From an uncultured Candidatus Rokubacteria bacterium (GTDB lineage Bacteria; Methylomirabilota; Methylomirabilia; Rokubacteriales; DASRDR01), in contig CAWGVS010000010.1 of the NCBI GenBank assembly GCA_963826115.1, forward strand, positions 64,001 to 128,000: a stretch of 64,000 nt of DNA, in the 5' to 3' direction. Shown one piece after another: positions 8,755 through 18,371 of the stretch. How positions within the stretch are numbered: the stretch's first letter is position 1; each line of letters opens with the position of its first letter. Made by a program: the position numbers and the translations under genes. Below the pieces are notes generated by a model, which did no database searches, was not told the DNA's origin, and saw only the letters and a program-made list of their open reading frames with translations.

Positions 8755-11609
8755 CGCGGCGGGGGCCCGCGATCGGGCTTCTCCTCGGGGCTGCGCTCCT
8801 TGCGGGCGGGTGCGACGACGGGCCGGGTGACGTGGAAGCCTGTCTCCGCGCCGCGTGGGCCGGCATCCGCTCGATCGCCGAGGACCGCGCCCACCGGTTC
8901 CTCGGCAAGGTGGGGGAGGACCGCGCCCGGTGCCGCGGCGGCGCCCGGGCGGTTGCGCGGCGGCCCGGGCCGTGGGTGGACTGGCCGAACTACTGGGCCA
9001 CGGGCGACGCCGGCAGCCGAGCCGCGCGGTGGGGCGACCGCACGCGGTTCCTCCGCCCGGACGGGCGCGGTCTCGACGGCGCGCTCATCGACCTCGAGTA
9101 CCAGCGCGTCGAGCTCCTGCGCTTCAACCTCCTGGACAACAGCGGCACCTATCCCGACTACGCCCGCGGCCGCGACGGGGTCGCGGGACCCGCGCTTCGC
9201 GTCTGGCCCGCGATGCGGTTGCCGCCGGAGCACCCGAGCTACGCGGCGGTGGGCGGCGCCGGCGAGCAGCGCTGCGCCGGCGCGCTGATCCGGCATCGCG
9301 CGCTGACCGGGATCTGCAACGACCTCCGCAACCCGCTCATGGGATCGGCGGGCATGCCGTTCGCGCGGAACGTCGAGTTCGAGGCGACCTTCCCGGACCT
9401 CGGCCGGACCGAGCTCGCCCGGAACCGCCACGGCGGGCGCCTCGGTCTCCTCCGGCCCGACCCGCAGGTGGTGAGCCGCCGCCTTCTGAGCCGAGAGACG
9501 GCGTCGCCCGACACGTGCCACGAGGGCCGCGGCCTCCCTGGCCACGCGGCCGCGGCGCGGTGCCCCTACAAGGCCGCGCCCACGCTCAACGTCCTGGCGG
9601 CGTTCTGGATCCAGTTCATGACGCACGACTGGTTCTCCCACCTGACCGAGGGCCGGAACGCGACGGCGACGATCTCCACGGGCTGCGCGGTCGCCCGTGC
9701 CGGCGGCGTGGAGCGCCCGCTGACGGCCACCGACGTGGCCGGGCTCGGGTGCCGCCCCGCGGACCGGGCCGGGGCGGCGGCGGTCGACCAGGCCGCCGAC
9801 CCGCCGGTCTTCGAGCATCGTGGACAGACGCGCGTGGCCCGCGCCTACCGGACCACGCGCAACACCGTCACCGCGTGGTGGGACGCCTCCCAGCTCTACG
9901 GCCACGACGAGACGTCGCGGCGGCGCGTGAAGCGCGACCCCGAGGATCCGGCGAAGCTCCGCCTCCTGGTGCTGGGCGGCCGCGTGGCCGCGGGCGACCG
10001 GCTCGGCTACCTGCCGGTCTTCGAGACCGGGGATCCGATCAACCCGCTCTGGGCGGGGCAGGAGGCGACCGCGTTCCCCGACAACTGGAGCATCGGCCTC
10101 TCCTTCTTCCACAACGTGTTCGCGCGCGAGCACAACCTCGTGGTCGACGCGTTCCGGGCGGCGGGGCGCGCCACGCCCGACGCCGACTCGGGCCTCCGGG
10201 ATCCGGCGAAGCCCGCGCGGGTTCTCCGCTACCGCGACCTGTCGGACGACGAGCTGTTCGAGGTGGCGCGCCTCGTGATCGCGGCGGAGATCGCGAAGAT
10301 CCACACCGTCGAGTGGACGCCGCAGCTCCTCTACGACGAGCCCCTGCGCCTCGCGATGTCGGCGAACTGGTCGGGCCTCCTGGCCGACGACGCCCGCGCC
10401 CGGGCGGCGCTCGCCGGCGTCCTCCGCGCGCTCGCCGGGTCCCGGGACGCCGACCGCGCCGCCGCGTGGTACTCGGTCTTCGCCTCGGGCCCCGGGATCG
10501 TCGGGCTCGGCAGCCGCGTCTACGCCGACGGTCCGGTCGGCACGGTGGACGTCTGGAGCCTCGCGAACTCCGAGCACGTGAACGGCGGGACCCACCACTT
10601 CGGCTCGCCGTTCAACTTCCCCGAGGAATTCGTCACCGTCTACCGCCTGCACCCGATGCTCCCGGACCTCCTCGAGCTCCGGACGCTCGCGCCGGACCCG
10701 AACGTCGTCCGCCTCCGGATCCCGCTCCGCGACACGGTCCGCGTCGGGGCGACGCCCGCGATGCGGGAGCTCGGCCTCGCGACCTGGGCCCTGTCCCTGG
10801 GCCGCCAGCGCCTGGGCCGGCTCGCGCTTCGGAACCACCCGCGATTCCTGCAGGCCCTCGACCTGCCGGGCGCCAGCGGGAGCGGGAAGCTCGACGTCGT
10901 CGCCCTCGACCTCATCCGGGATCGCGAGCGCGGCGTGCCCCGCTTCAACGAGTTCCGCCGCCAGTACGGCCTCCGGCAGCTGACCAGCTTCGAGGACTTC
11001 GTGGACCGCACGCTTCCCCCGGGCGCGCCCGACCGCGTCGAGCAAGAGCGGCTGGTCGGGGTCCTGCGCGAAGTGTACGGACAGCACCGGTGCGACGCGG
11101 GGAAGCCGATCACCACCGCCCAGGTGAACGCGGACGGCACGCCCATCGACGACTGCCTGGGGCATCCCGACGGCAGCCCGGTCGACAACGTGGAGGATCT
11201 CGACACCGTGGTCGGCTGGCTCGCGGAGCCCACGCGGCCCCACGGGTTCGCGATCTCCGAGACGCAGTTCCAGGTGTTCGTCCTGAACGCCTCGCGGCGT
11301 CTCTTCAGCGACCGCTTCTTCACCTCGAGCTTCCGGCCCGAGTTCTACGGCCACCTCGGCCTCCGCTGGGTCGCCGACAACGGTCCCGACGGGCCGATGC
11401 AGGAGCGCGCCGCGCCGGGGGCGCCCGCGGCCCGAGCGGTGGATGTCTCTCCGCTGAAGCGGGTGCTCCTGCGGACGATCCCGGAGCTCGCGCCCGAGCT
11501 CGCCCACGTGGTCAACGTCTTCGACCCGTGGGCGCGCGCCAGAGCGGACTACTACTCCGTGGCCTGGCGGCCCCGGCCCGACGCCGAGGCCGACGAGGCC
11601 TTCCGCTAG
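8751..11609 (+). CDS. Peroxidase-cyclooxygenase superfamily heme protein, alpha-dioxygenase (PIOX)-like, lipoprotein
   Basis: GTGA overlap with the upstream stop. Lipobox LLAGGC, WIQFMTHDW (distal His), WWDASQLYG, AKIHTVEWT, EEFVTVYRLH (Tyr plus proximal His), RDRERGVPRFNEFRR, ASRRLFSDRFFT. Confidence 0.88.
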   Translation: MTRRGPAIGLLLGAALLAGGCDDGPGDVEACLRAAWAGIRSIAEDRAHRFLGKVGEDRARCRGGARAVARRPGPWVDWPNYWATGDAGSRAARWGDRTRFLRPDGRGLDGALIDLEYQRVELLRFNLLDNSGTYPDYARGRDGVAGPALRVWPAMRLPPEHPSYAAVGGAGEQRCAGALIRHRALTGICNDLRNPLMGSAGMPFARNVEFEATFPDLGRTELARNRHGGRLGLLRPDPQVVSRRLLSRETASPDTCHEGRGLPGHAAAARCPYKAAPTLNVLAAFWIQFMTHDWFSHLTEGRNATATISTGCAVARAGGVERPLTATDVAGLGCRPADRAGAAAVDQAADPPVFEHRGQTRVARAYRTTRNTVTAWWDASQLYGHDETSRRRVKRDPEDPAKLRLLVLGGRVAAGDRLGYLPVFETGDPINPLWAGQEATAFPDNWSIGLSFFHNVFAREHNLVVDAFRAAGRATPDADSGLRDPAKPARVLRYRDLSDDELFEVARLVIAAEIAKIHTVEWTPQLLYDEPLRLAMSANWSGLLADDARARAALAGVLRALAGSRDADRAAAWYSVFASGPGIVGLGSRVYADGPVGTVDVWSLANSEHVNGGTHHFGSPFNFPEEFVTVYRLHPMLPDLLELRTLAPDPNVVRLRIPLRDTVRVGATPAMRELGLATWALSLGRQRLGRLALRNHPRFLQALDLPGASGSGKLDVVALDLIRDRERGVPRFNEFRRQYGLRQLTSFEDFVDRTLPPGAPDRVEQERLVGVLREVYGQHRCDAGKPITTAQVNADGTPIDDCLGHPDGSPVDNVEDLDTVVGWLAEPTRPHGFAISETQFQVFVLNASRRLFSDRFFTSSFRPEFYGHLGLRWVADNGPDGPMQERAAPGAPAARAVDVSPLKRVLLRTIPELAPELAHVVNVFDPWARARADYYSVAWRPRPDAEADEAFR

Positions 11610-11620
11610 GAGGGAACGCC

Positions 11621-12232
11621 ATGCTGGACCCCCAGTCGATCGGCCTCGCGGCGCGCCACGTCGAGGGACTCGCCATCCTCTTGTCCGGCAGCTTCGCGAT
11701 CTGGCTCGGGTACCGCCTGAGCCTCGGCATGCCGCTTGCGGCGCGCGGCAAGGGCCGGCTCCCGCTCCCGGGCGGCCGGTGGCTCGCCGTCCCCGGCGTC
11801 GGACCCGGGATGCTCTTCACCCTGTTCGGCGCCGGCGTGCTCGCCTCCGGGCTCGACCACGAGACGCAGGAGACCCGGCGTCCCGCCGCGGCCGCGGTGC
11901 GCGCCCTCCCGTCGCCCGGCTCACCGAGCCCGGCGTTCGAGGGCGTCTTCGAGGGCCGTGTGACCGATACGGCACGGGCGCTGCCGGCGCGCACCGTGCT
12001 CTGGCGCGAGGGCGACCGCGTGACCGGCGTGTACAGCTACGGCCTGGGCCAGGGCGAGCTGTCGGGAGTCGTCCAGGACGGCACGCTCACCGTCGTCTGG
12101 CAGTCGGGCGGGCGCCACGGCCTCGCCCGGATTTGGACGGCGGCGGGCGGTGTCGAGTTCGACGGAACCTGGGGCTATGGCGAGGCGGCCGCCGGCGGCG
12201 GCACGTGGACCGGGGCGCGACGTGGCCGGTGA
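11621..12232 (+). CDS. Hypothetical membrane protein (2 TM plus C-terminal beta domain)
   Basis: RBS AGGAGG before ATG 11621. Two hydrophobic segments, then a Gly/Trp-rich beta-type domain. Confidence 0.65.
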   Translation: MLDPQSIGLAARHVEGLAILLSGSFAIWLGYRLSLGMPLAARGKGRLPLPGGRWLAVPGVGPGMLFTLFGAGVLASGLDHETQETRRPAAAAVRALPSPGSPSPAFEGVFEGRVTDTARALPARTVLWREGDRVTGVYSYGLGQGELSGVVQDGTLTVVWQSGGRHGLARIWTAAGGVEFDGTWGYGEAAAGGGTWTGARRGR

Positions 12233-12331
12233 CGCGGGCGGCGTGCGCGCCAGCGGCGACCGGCCCGACCCGGCCGCGGCGCCCATGACCTCGAGCTGCC
12301 GTCGCAAGCCGGCAGAGGCGGGAGGCATCCG

Positions 12332-15300
12332 ATGAACCCGATGACCGCTGGCATCGTCCTGTCGACCGTGCTGCTCCTCGTGCAGGGCACGCGGTGCCTG
12401 ATCCGCCAGGGCGCGCCGCCGTTCGTGCGCCGCTTCGGCGCGCTCACGCTGCTCCTCGCGGGGCTGAGCGCGGTCCTCTTCGTCCTGCTCCACTTCGGCG
12501 AAGCCGTGCTGAGCCCCGAGTTCGACGCGGTCATGGCGCGAGGTCACCGGCGGGGCCTGGCGGCCCTCGTCCTCGGGATGGCGCTCGCGGCCAGCCTGGG
12601 TCTCCACGTGCAGCGCCTCAAGGCGGAGCGGCCGGGGCGCCTGGCCGCCCTCGTGATCCTGGGCCTCGGGGTGGGCGTGCTCGCGACGATGCGGATCACG
12701 ACCCTCAACCCGGACGAGACCGAGACGTTCCGCATCTACGCGTACGACCTCTGGTGGCCGCCGCTCCTCGTGTGGGTGAGCGCCTGCTTCGTGGACGGCG
12801 CCATCACGATCCTGGGCGTGACCGACCACCGGGTGCGGGTCGGGGCATTCGCAGCCTTGCTCCTCGGCCTCGCCCGCGGGTCGTGGCGACGGGCCTCCTT
12901 CGGCGATCCCACGTCCGAGTGGCTCTGGAGCTGGGTCTTCTGGGTCGGCGTCGCCCTGGCCGTCGCGCTCCTGGTGCTGATGGTCCGCGCGGCGCCCGGC
13001 GGCGTGCGGGGCGCCTGGGCGTGGCTCGGGACCGCGCCGAGCCGTCTCCGCCGGGCGGCCGCGAAGGCGTGGCAGGAGATCGTGGTCGACGGCTGGGAGG
13101 ACGAGCTGCAGATGGTCCGCGAGCAGATCTCGCGGGCCTCCGGGCGTCTCCTCGGGCTCCTGGCCATCGCGACGATCGCCGGGATCCTGGTCGACATCTT
13201 CTACATCGGCCGCCTCTCCAACGTCACCGCGCTGATCGTGCTCGCCGTCGCCTGGACCTGTCTCGCCGAGATCACCGCCGAGGGCCCGCTGCGGGTGTTC
13301 GTCCTCAACACCGTGCCGGCGGCCTACGAGGCGCTCGCGAGCCAGCAGTCGCGCCTGGGGGCGGTGTGGTCGACGCTGCGCACATGGCTCGCCGCGCCGT
13401 TCCGGACCCTCCGCGGCGCCGCGGTGCGTCTCCTGAGCCTGCGTCCCCTCCCGGAGGGCATCCTGAAGCTTGCCTTCCTCCTGGTGGCGGCCGTCGTGCT
13501 CTTCGAGATTCCGAATCGCGGCAAGACGCTGCTCCAGCCGTTCAAGGCCGCCGTCGTCAGGCCCAAGGAGGGCGAGGTCCCCGGGGTCGAGCAGCAGGCC
13601 GCCATCGGCCAGGCGGTGTTCGATCACCTCGTGAACACGCTCGGGGCCCTCACGCAGGACCTCCAGCCCGACGTGATCCTCCTGCTCCCGCCCGACCCGC
13701 TGCGCGGCGCGCAGTTCCGGACGATCGCGGCCGGCGGCTCCGGCAGTATCGACCCGTTCCTCTCCGGCCCGTCCGACATCGACCTGGGCGTGGGGGTCAA
13801 GATTCCGCTCGGGTTCGTCCTCACGCCCATCGTGAAGCCGATCCGCTGGGTGCTCGGCGTGCGGATCATCGAGGGCAGCGTGCTGGCCGATCCGCAGGGC
13901 TACACCGTGCTCGTCCGGTCCAGCTCGGGCGAGGTGTGGCAGGCGCGTCTGCGCCGCCCGGACCTGGCGCCGGACCGGGCGTTCCGCGATCTCGCCCTCG
14001 AGCTCGCGTTCCGGATCATGAGCGCCGAGCCCGCCCTGGCGAGCGTCGGCATGACCCGCTCGTGGGAGGCGTTCGAGAAGTTCCGGATCGGGCTCGAGTC
14101 CTGGCAGCGCTACGCCGTTCAGAGCGGCGAGCAGGATCCGGACGCCCTGACCCAGGCGATCCGCGGCTTCCGCGCGGCCATCGGGGTGGACCCCGCCTTC
14201 GCCCTCGCGCACTACCGGCTCGGCCTCGCGCTCCAGAAGGATCGCCAGCCCCTCGCCGCCGCCGAGGCGCTCCGGAACAGCCTGAAGGCGAACCCCGGGT
14301 TCGTCCCGGCGCGAGTCGCGCTCGCGTCGGTGCTCTACGGTCTCGAGAGCCGGTCTCTCGCGCTGTCACTCGGTCCGTCCGAGCGGTGGAGAGGGAAGGT
14401 CAGGGCGGCGGTCGACACCGAGGGTCTCCAGGCGCCCATGCTCGAGGAGGCGCGGACCCTCTGGCAATCCGTGGTCACGTCCGGCGAGTCCGTCTCGCCG
14501 CTCGACCGCGCGGCCTCGTGGGCGGGCCTGTGCCGCTATTCGTTCGAGCGCGGCGCGCGCGACCTGGCGGTCGACCTCGGGTCGGGCGCCGGTCCGCGCT
14601 GGATCTGGCCGACGGGGGCCGGCCCGCGCCTGCTCCACGCGGCCTACTTCCATTGCCAGCAGGCGGACCGCTTCTACGGCTCGCTTCTCGGGACGCGGTG
14701 GGAAGACGTCCGTCTCCGGACGGCGCGCGCCTCCGTCCTGGCCTCGATCGGCCTCCTGCTCGAGCAGCACGGGCCCCCAGGCAACCGTCACGACGTGGAC
14801 GGCTGGCAGTGCTCCGCGGACGCTGTGGTGCCGGCGACGCTCATCCCGGGCGCGCGCGTGACGCGGAGCGTCCTCGTGGGCCGCTTCACCCGGCCGGCGC
14901 TCCGCTACTACCGGCGCGCGATCGCGCTGCTGCCGGAGGACACGGTCCTCCGGTGCCGGGAAGCCACGGCCACGCTGGCGCTCGACCCGGCGTACCGCGA
15001 CGACCGGCTCATGCGGGCGCTGGAGAACGTCGCGACCGCGCACGTCAATCTGGCCGATTCCTACTTCGACCTCGGAACCCGATATCTCGAGCGCGCGCGG
15101 TCCGGCAGCTCCCGGCCCGCCGCGCCCGGCGTCGCCCCTCAGCCGGAGCCGGGGCAGGTCGCGGCGTCGTTCTACCGGCTCGCACTCGACGAGTACCGCG
15201 AGGCGCTGAAGCGGGACCCGACCAGCGCGACGTCGCTGCTCCAGTTCTCCCGCGTGTTCTGGGACTGGCGTCAGGCAGCGGCGGACAAGGTCGTGCCCCG

Positions 15301-16336
15301 GGAGCCCGGGCTACCGCTCGCGCACGAGGCGGAGTGGTATGCGCGTCGCGCCGTCGCGATGGTCGAGGCCAAGCTCGACTCCGCGACGCCGGGTCTGACC
15401 GTGGCCGATCGTTCCGAGGACACCCAGAAGGCGCTGATCGAGTCCGTGCCGACGAACCTCCGCCCTCCGGCGGCCACTGCGCTGGCGAGCCTCGGCTCGG
15501 TGCTCCTCGGCCAGGCGCGGGCCCACGAAGCGCTCGGCGTGCTCGGGTCCGCGCAGGCGCTCGCGCCGGGGCACCCGGCGTTCGACGACGTGCGCTGGAT
15601 GCACGGCCAGGCCCTGCTCTGCGCCGCGTCCCGGCAATGGCGCGCGGACCTCTCGCAGGAGGTGCGCCAGGCGGATCCGAACTGGCGGGAGACGCACCGG
15701 TCCCAGCTGGACGCGATCGAGGGTCTGCGTCAGGAGGCTGCGGCCGCGCTCGACCGCGTGCGGGACAGCGAGCGGGCCCGCGAGGAGCGGCCGTTCGCCG
15801 GCCGCACGGACATCACCGGCTCGCTGAACGTGTGTCATGCGGACTGGCTCACGATGATGAGCGAGCAGGAAGGCCAGATCCGGTATTCCCTCAAGCAGAC
15901 CCAGGGGCAGGGGCGCAGCTACCTGTGCGGACGGCTCGGCGTCCGGGCGCCGAAGCTGCCGAACGAGGAGCGCGCCTACCTCCGCGTGTGGGGCGGTGGG
16001 GCGGAGCGCCTGCGCCTCGACTCCCGCGGCGAGGGTGAGCGGGGCTCGGACGTGATCTCGCTGGCGCCCACGACGAGCCGCTTCTACTACCTCGCCCAGC
16101 TCGAGAGCGAGGACGGCCGGCCCCTCTCGCCGCCGCTCCCGCTCGACCCGAACGCCACGCCCGCGCGGGCGCCGTCGGCCTCGGCCACCCGGTGCGCCGA
16201 TGCCCGGACGCTGATCACGCTGACGGCGGGGCCGCCCGAGGAGCCCGCGCCCGCGCGCACGGGCGGTCGCCGGTCTCGCGACGGCTCGCCGGCGGCGCGC
16301 GGCGGCGGGCCCGTGCCCGGTACCGTGGTGCCCTGA
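12332..16336 (+). CDS. Large multi-TM protein with TPR-like repeats
   Basis: About 9 N-terminal hydrophobic helices. TPR-like 'AIGVDPAFALAHYRLGLAL...SLKANPGFVPARVALA'. RBS GGAGG. Confidence 0.7.
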   Translation: MNPMTAGIVLSTVLLLVQGTRCLIRQGAPPFVRRFGALTLLLAGLSAVLFVLLHFGEAVLSPEFDAVMARGHRRGLAALVLGMALAASLGLHVQRLKAERPGRLAALVILGLGVGVLATMRITTLNPDETETFRIYAYDLWWPPLLVWVSACFVDGAITILGVTDHRVRVGAFAALLLGLARGSWRRASFGDPTSEWLWSWVFWVGVALAVALLVLMVRAAPGGVRGAWAWLGTAPSRLRRAAAKAWQEIVVDGWEDELQMVREQISRASGRLLGLLAIATIAGILVDIFYIGRLSNVTALIVLAVAWTCLAEITAEGPLRVFVLNTVPAAYEALASQQSRLGAVWSTLRTWLAAPFRTLRGAAVRLLSLRPLPEGILKLAFLLVAAVVLFEIPNRGKTLLQPFKAAVVRPKEGEVPGVEQQAAIGQAVFDHLVNTLGALTQDLQPDVILLLPPDPLRGAQFRTIAAGGSGSIDPFLSGPSDIDLGVGVKIPLGFVLTPIVKPIRWVLGVRIIEGSVLADPQGYTVLVRSSSGEVWQARLRRPDLAPDRAFRDLALELAFRIMSAEPALASVGMTRSWEAFEKFRIGLESWQRYAVQSGEQDPDALTQAIRGFRAAIGVDPAFALAHYRLGLALQKDRQPLAAAEALRNSLKANPGFVPARVALASVLYGLESRSLALSLGPSERWRGKVRAAVDTEGLQAPMLEEARTLWQSVVTSGESVSPLDRAASWAGLCRYSFERGARDLAVDLGSGAGPRWIWPTGAGPRLLHAAYFHCQQADRFYGSLLGTRWEDVRLRTARASVLASIGLLLEQHGPPGNRHDVDGWQCSADAVVPATLIPGARVTRSVLVGRFTRPALRYYRRAIALLPEDTVLRCREATATLALDPAYRDDRLMRALENVATAHVNLADSYFDLGTRYLERARSGSSRPAAPGVAPQPEPGQVAASFYRLALDEYREALKRDPTSATSLLQFSRVFWDWRQAAADKVVPREPGLPLAHEAEWYARRAVAMVEAKLDSATPGLTVADRSEDTQKALIESVPTNLRPPAATALASLGSVLLGQARAHEALGVLGSAQALAPGHPAFDDVRWMHGQALLCAASRQWRADLSQEVRQADPNWRETHRSQLDAIEGLRQEAAAALDRVRDSERAREERPFAGRTDITGSLNVCHADWLTMMSEQEGQIRYSLKQTQGQGRSYLCGRLGVRAPKLPNEERAYLRVWGGGAERLRLDSRGEGERGSDVISLAPTTSRFYYLAQLESEDGRPLSPPLPLDPNATPARAPSASATRCADARTLITLTAGPPEEPAPARTGGRRSRDGSPAARGGGPVPGTVVP

Positions 16337-16367
16337 GCGCGATGCTCGACGGATCGGTGGCGCTCGC

Positions 16368-17153
16368 ATGACTGCCGGGAGACGACCCATGTCCCTGGTG
16401 CTGCTCCTCGCCGGCTGGCTCCTCGCGTCCCTCGCCCACGCGCAGGCCCCGGCCCCGCCGGGCGAGCTTCCCGGTACCTACGCGGTCGAGACCCCGCGCG
16501 GCAACATCGTCGTGCGGCTCGACGTCGTCGGCGGCCGCGTCACCGGGACCCTCGACTCGACGGGGAGCCGCACCATCCTGCTGTCGGGCAGCGCGCTCGG
16601 CCGGTACGCGCGCGGCACGATGTCCTCGGGGGTCGACACCGGCGAGTTCGAGGCCCTGGTCGAGGGGGACACGCTCAAGATGCGGCTCTCCCAGGGGACC
16701 GATTCGCTGCCGCTCACACTCCAGCGGATGAGCGCGAGCGCGGACGCGCCGCCGCCGGGTGTGGGCCCGCCACCCGGTCCGCCCCCCGAGGCGGGGCCGC
16801 CCGCCCCGGGCCAGGGAGGCGACCCGCGTCTGGTCGGCACGTGGGTCAGCCAGACCCTCATCACCAGCGGCGACGCCTCGATGGCGTCCGAGGAGTTCCT
16901 GGTCTTCCGCGCCGACGGCTCGTACGCCTACGGCAAGGGCCGGTCGGTGGCCGGCGGATCGGGCTGGTCCTTCGAGGGCGGGGGCGGACCGACGGAGAGC
17001 GGCCGCTGGCGCGCCGAGGAGAGCGTCTTCTACGTGCTCCAGCCGGATGGGCAGTGGAAGCGGGTCGGCCGGTACGGCATGACGGACGACGGGCAGACCA
17101 TGCGGATCATCTACGACCGGGGCGGGCGGAAGCTCTGGAGCCGCCGCCGCTAG
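16368..17153 (+). CDS. Secreted two-domain hypothetical protein
   Basis: Signal peptide ending AHA-Q (alternative start 16389), Pro-rich linker, C-terminal 'DPRLVGTW...FRADGSY' lipocalin-like domain. Confidence 0.7.
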   Translation: MTAGRRPMSLVLLLAGWLLASLAHAQAPAPPGELPGTYAVETPRGNIVVRLDVVGGRVTGTLDSTGSRTILLSGSALGRYARGTMSSGVDTGEFEALVEGDTLKMRLSQGTDSLPLTLQRMSASADAPPPGVGPPPGPPPEAGPPAPGQGGDPRLVGTWVSQTLITSGDASMASEEFLVFRADGSYAYGKGRSVAGGSGWSFEGGGGPTESGRWRAEESVFYVLQPDGQWKRVGRYGMTDDGQTMRIIYDRGGRKLWSRRR

Positions 17154-18261
17154 CCGGGCCGCGGCCCCGCCGCGGCTCGCTCGACGCCGCCGGGTGCGGC
17201 GCGTGGCGGCGCCGCCAGTCGCCGGGGGCTGCGCCGGCGACCTTCTTGAACGCGCGGCTGAACGCGGCCTCCGAGTCGTAGCCGACCTCGCGGGCCACGG
17301 CGGCGACCTTCGGCGCGCCCTCCGTGAGGAGACGGGCGGCCACCTGCATGCGCCAGCGCGTCAGGTACTGCATCGGCGGGTGACCCGCGAAGTGGGCGAA
17401 GCGATCCGCCAGCACGGAGCGCGACGACCCGACCTCGCGCGCGAGATCCTCGATCGTCCACGGGTGACCCGGTCGCGCGTGGAGGTGCGCCAGCGCGCGG
17501 CCGACCAGCGGGTCCCGCAGCCCCGTGAGCCATCCCGCGTCCTCGGCGGGTCGCGCCGCCAGGTACCGCCGGACCACCTCGACGAACATCAGCTCGCTCA
17601 GGCGCAGGCGGACGCACTCGCCGCCCGGACGCCGCTCGCGCGATTCCGCGACGGCGAAATCGATCAGCTGCCCGAGCGGGTCGGCCGGCCGGCGCGCGTC
17701 CCGGCGGAGATGGAGCATCGGCGGCAGCGCCGCCAGCAGCGGATTGAAGGGGCGGAGGTCGCATCCCAGGAAGCCGCAGACGAGGCGCAGACGATCCGGC
17801 CCGCCGCCGCCTTCCCGGACGGTGAACGGCAACCGCCCCGCGGCCATCTCCCGCATGAATTCCAGGACGTCCGCGGCGGCGGGCCCGCCGCCGGCGTCGG
17901 GCGCGATCGACATCGCGTATGCGTCGCCGCGCGGGAACACGAGGACGTCGCCGGACTCGAGCCGCGCCGCCGCGCCGCCGCGCACAGTTCCCCAGCACGA
18001 GCCCCCGGTGACGACGTGGTACGAGATGACGTGCTGGGCCCGCGGCAGGACGGCCGGCGCCAGCGCCCGCCCGTCCGGCAGCGCGATGGTCCAGGGCGCC
18101 GACGCGTCGACGAGGAAGAAGAGCGCCCCCGTGAGCCGGACCGTGCGCAGCACGTCGGAGAGCACGTCGGGGGGCGGCGAGTCGTCGAGTCCGGACGGTG
18201 GAGCAAGCGGTCCGGACGCGCGGGCAAGCCGTCGGGCCGATTCGGACTCGGGAGCGTGCAA
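17107..18261 (-). CDS. AraC-family transcriptional regulator (cupin plus HTH)
   Basis: DVLSDVLRTVRLTG N-terminus, WTIEDLAREVGSSRSVLADRF, VGYDSEAAFSRAFKK. Start approximate (TTG 18261). Confidence 0.9.
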   Translation of the reverse strand: MHAPESESARRLARASGPLAPPSGLDDSPPPDVLSDVLRTVRLTGALFFLVDASAPWTIALPDGRALAPAVLPRAQHVISYHVVTGGSCWGTVRGGAAARLESGDVLVFPRGDAYAMSIAPDAGGGPAAADVLEFMREMAAGRLPFTVREGGGGPDRLRLVCGFLGCDLRPFNPLLAALPPMLHLRRDARRPADPLGQLIDFAVAESRERRPGGECVRLRLSELMFVEVVRRYLAARPAEDAGWLTGLRDPLVGRALAHLHARPGHPWTIEDLAREVGSSRSVLADRFAHFAGHPPMQYLTRWRMQVAARLLTEGAPKVAAVAREVGYDSEAAFSRAFKKVAGAAPGDWRRRHAPHPAASSEPRRGRGPASGGGSRASARPGRR

Positions 18262-18282
18262 TCCGGACGCTCGATCATCGCG
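18190..18282 (+). promoter_or_regulatory. Putative AraC operator: TCCGGACG-type direct repeats at 21-bp spacing
   Basis: TCCGGACG at 18190 and 18211; TTCGGACT/TCCGGACG at 18241 and 18262. Located at the divergent araC/methyltransferase junction. Confidence 0.55.
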
Positions 18283-18371
18283 CCGGCCCACGCCGCGATC
18301 ATACACTGCGCCGCGAGAGGCAGATCGAGGACGGCCGGCGCGCCGCGCCCGGGGCGGTGGAGGAGGACACG

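Noticed and set aside
7470-11609. Catalase-peroxidase fusion protein (1379 aa)
   Set aside because: The catalase-like gene is in a different frame with its own stop. The peroxidase has its own GTG start and lipoprotein signal at 8751.
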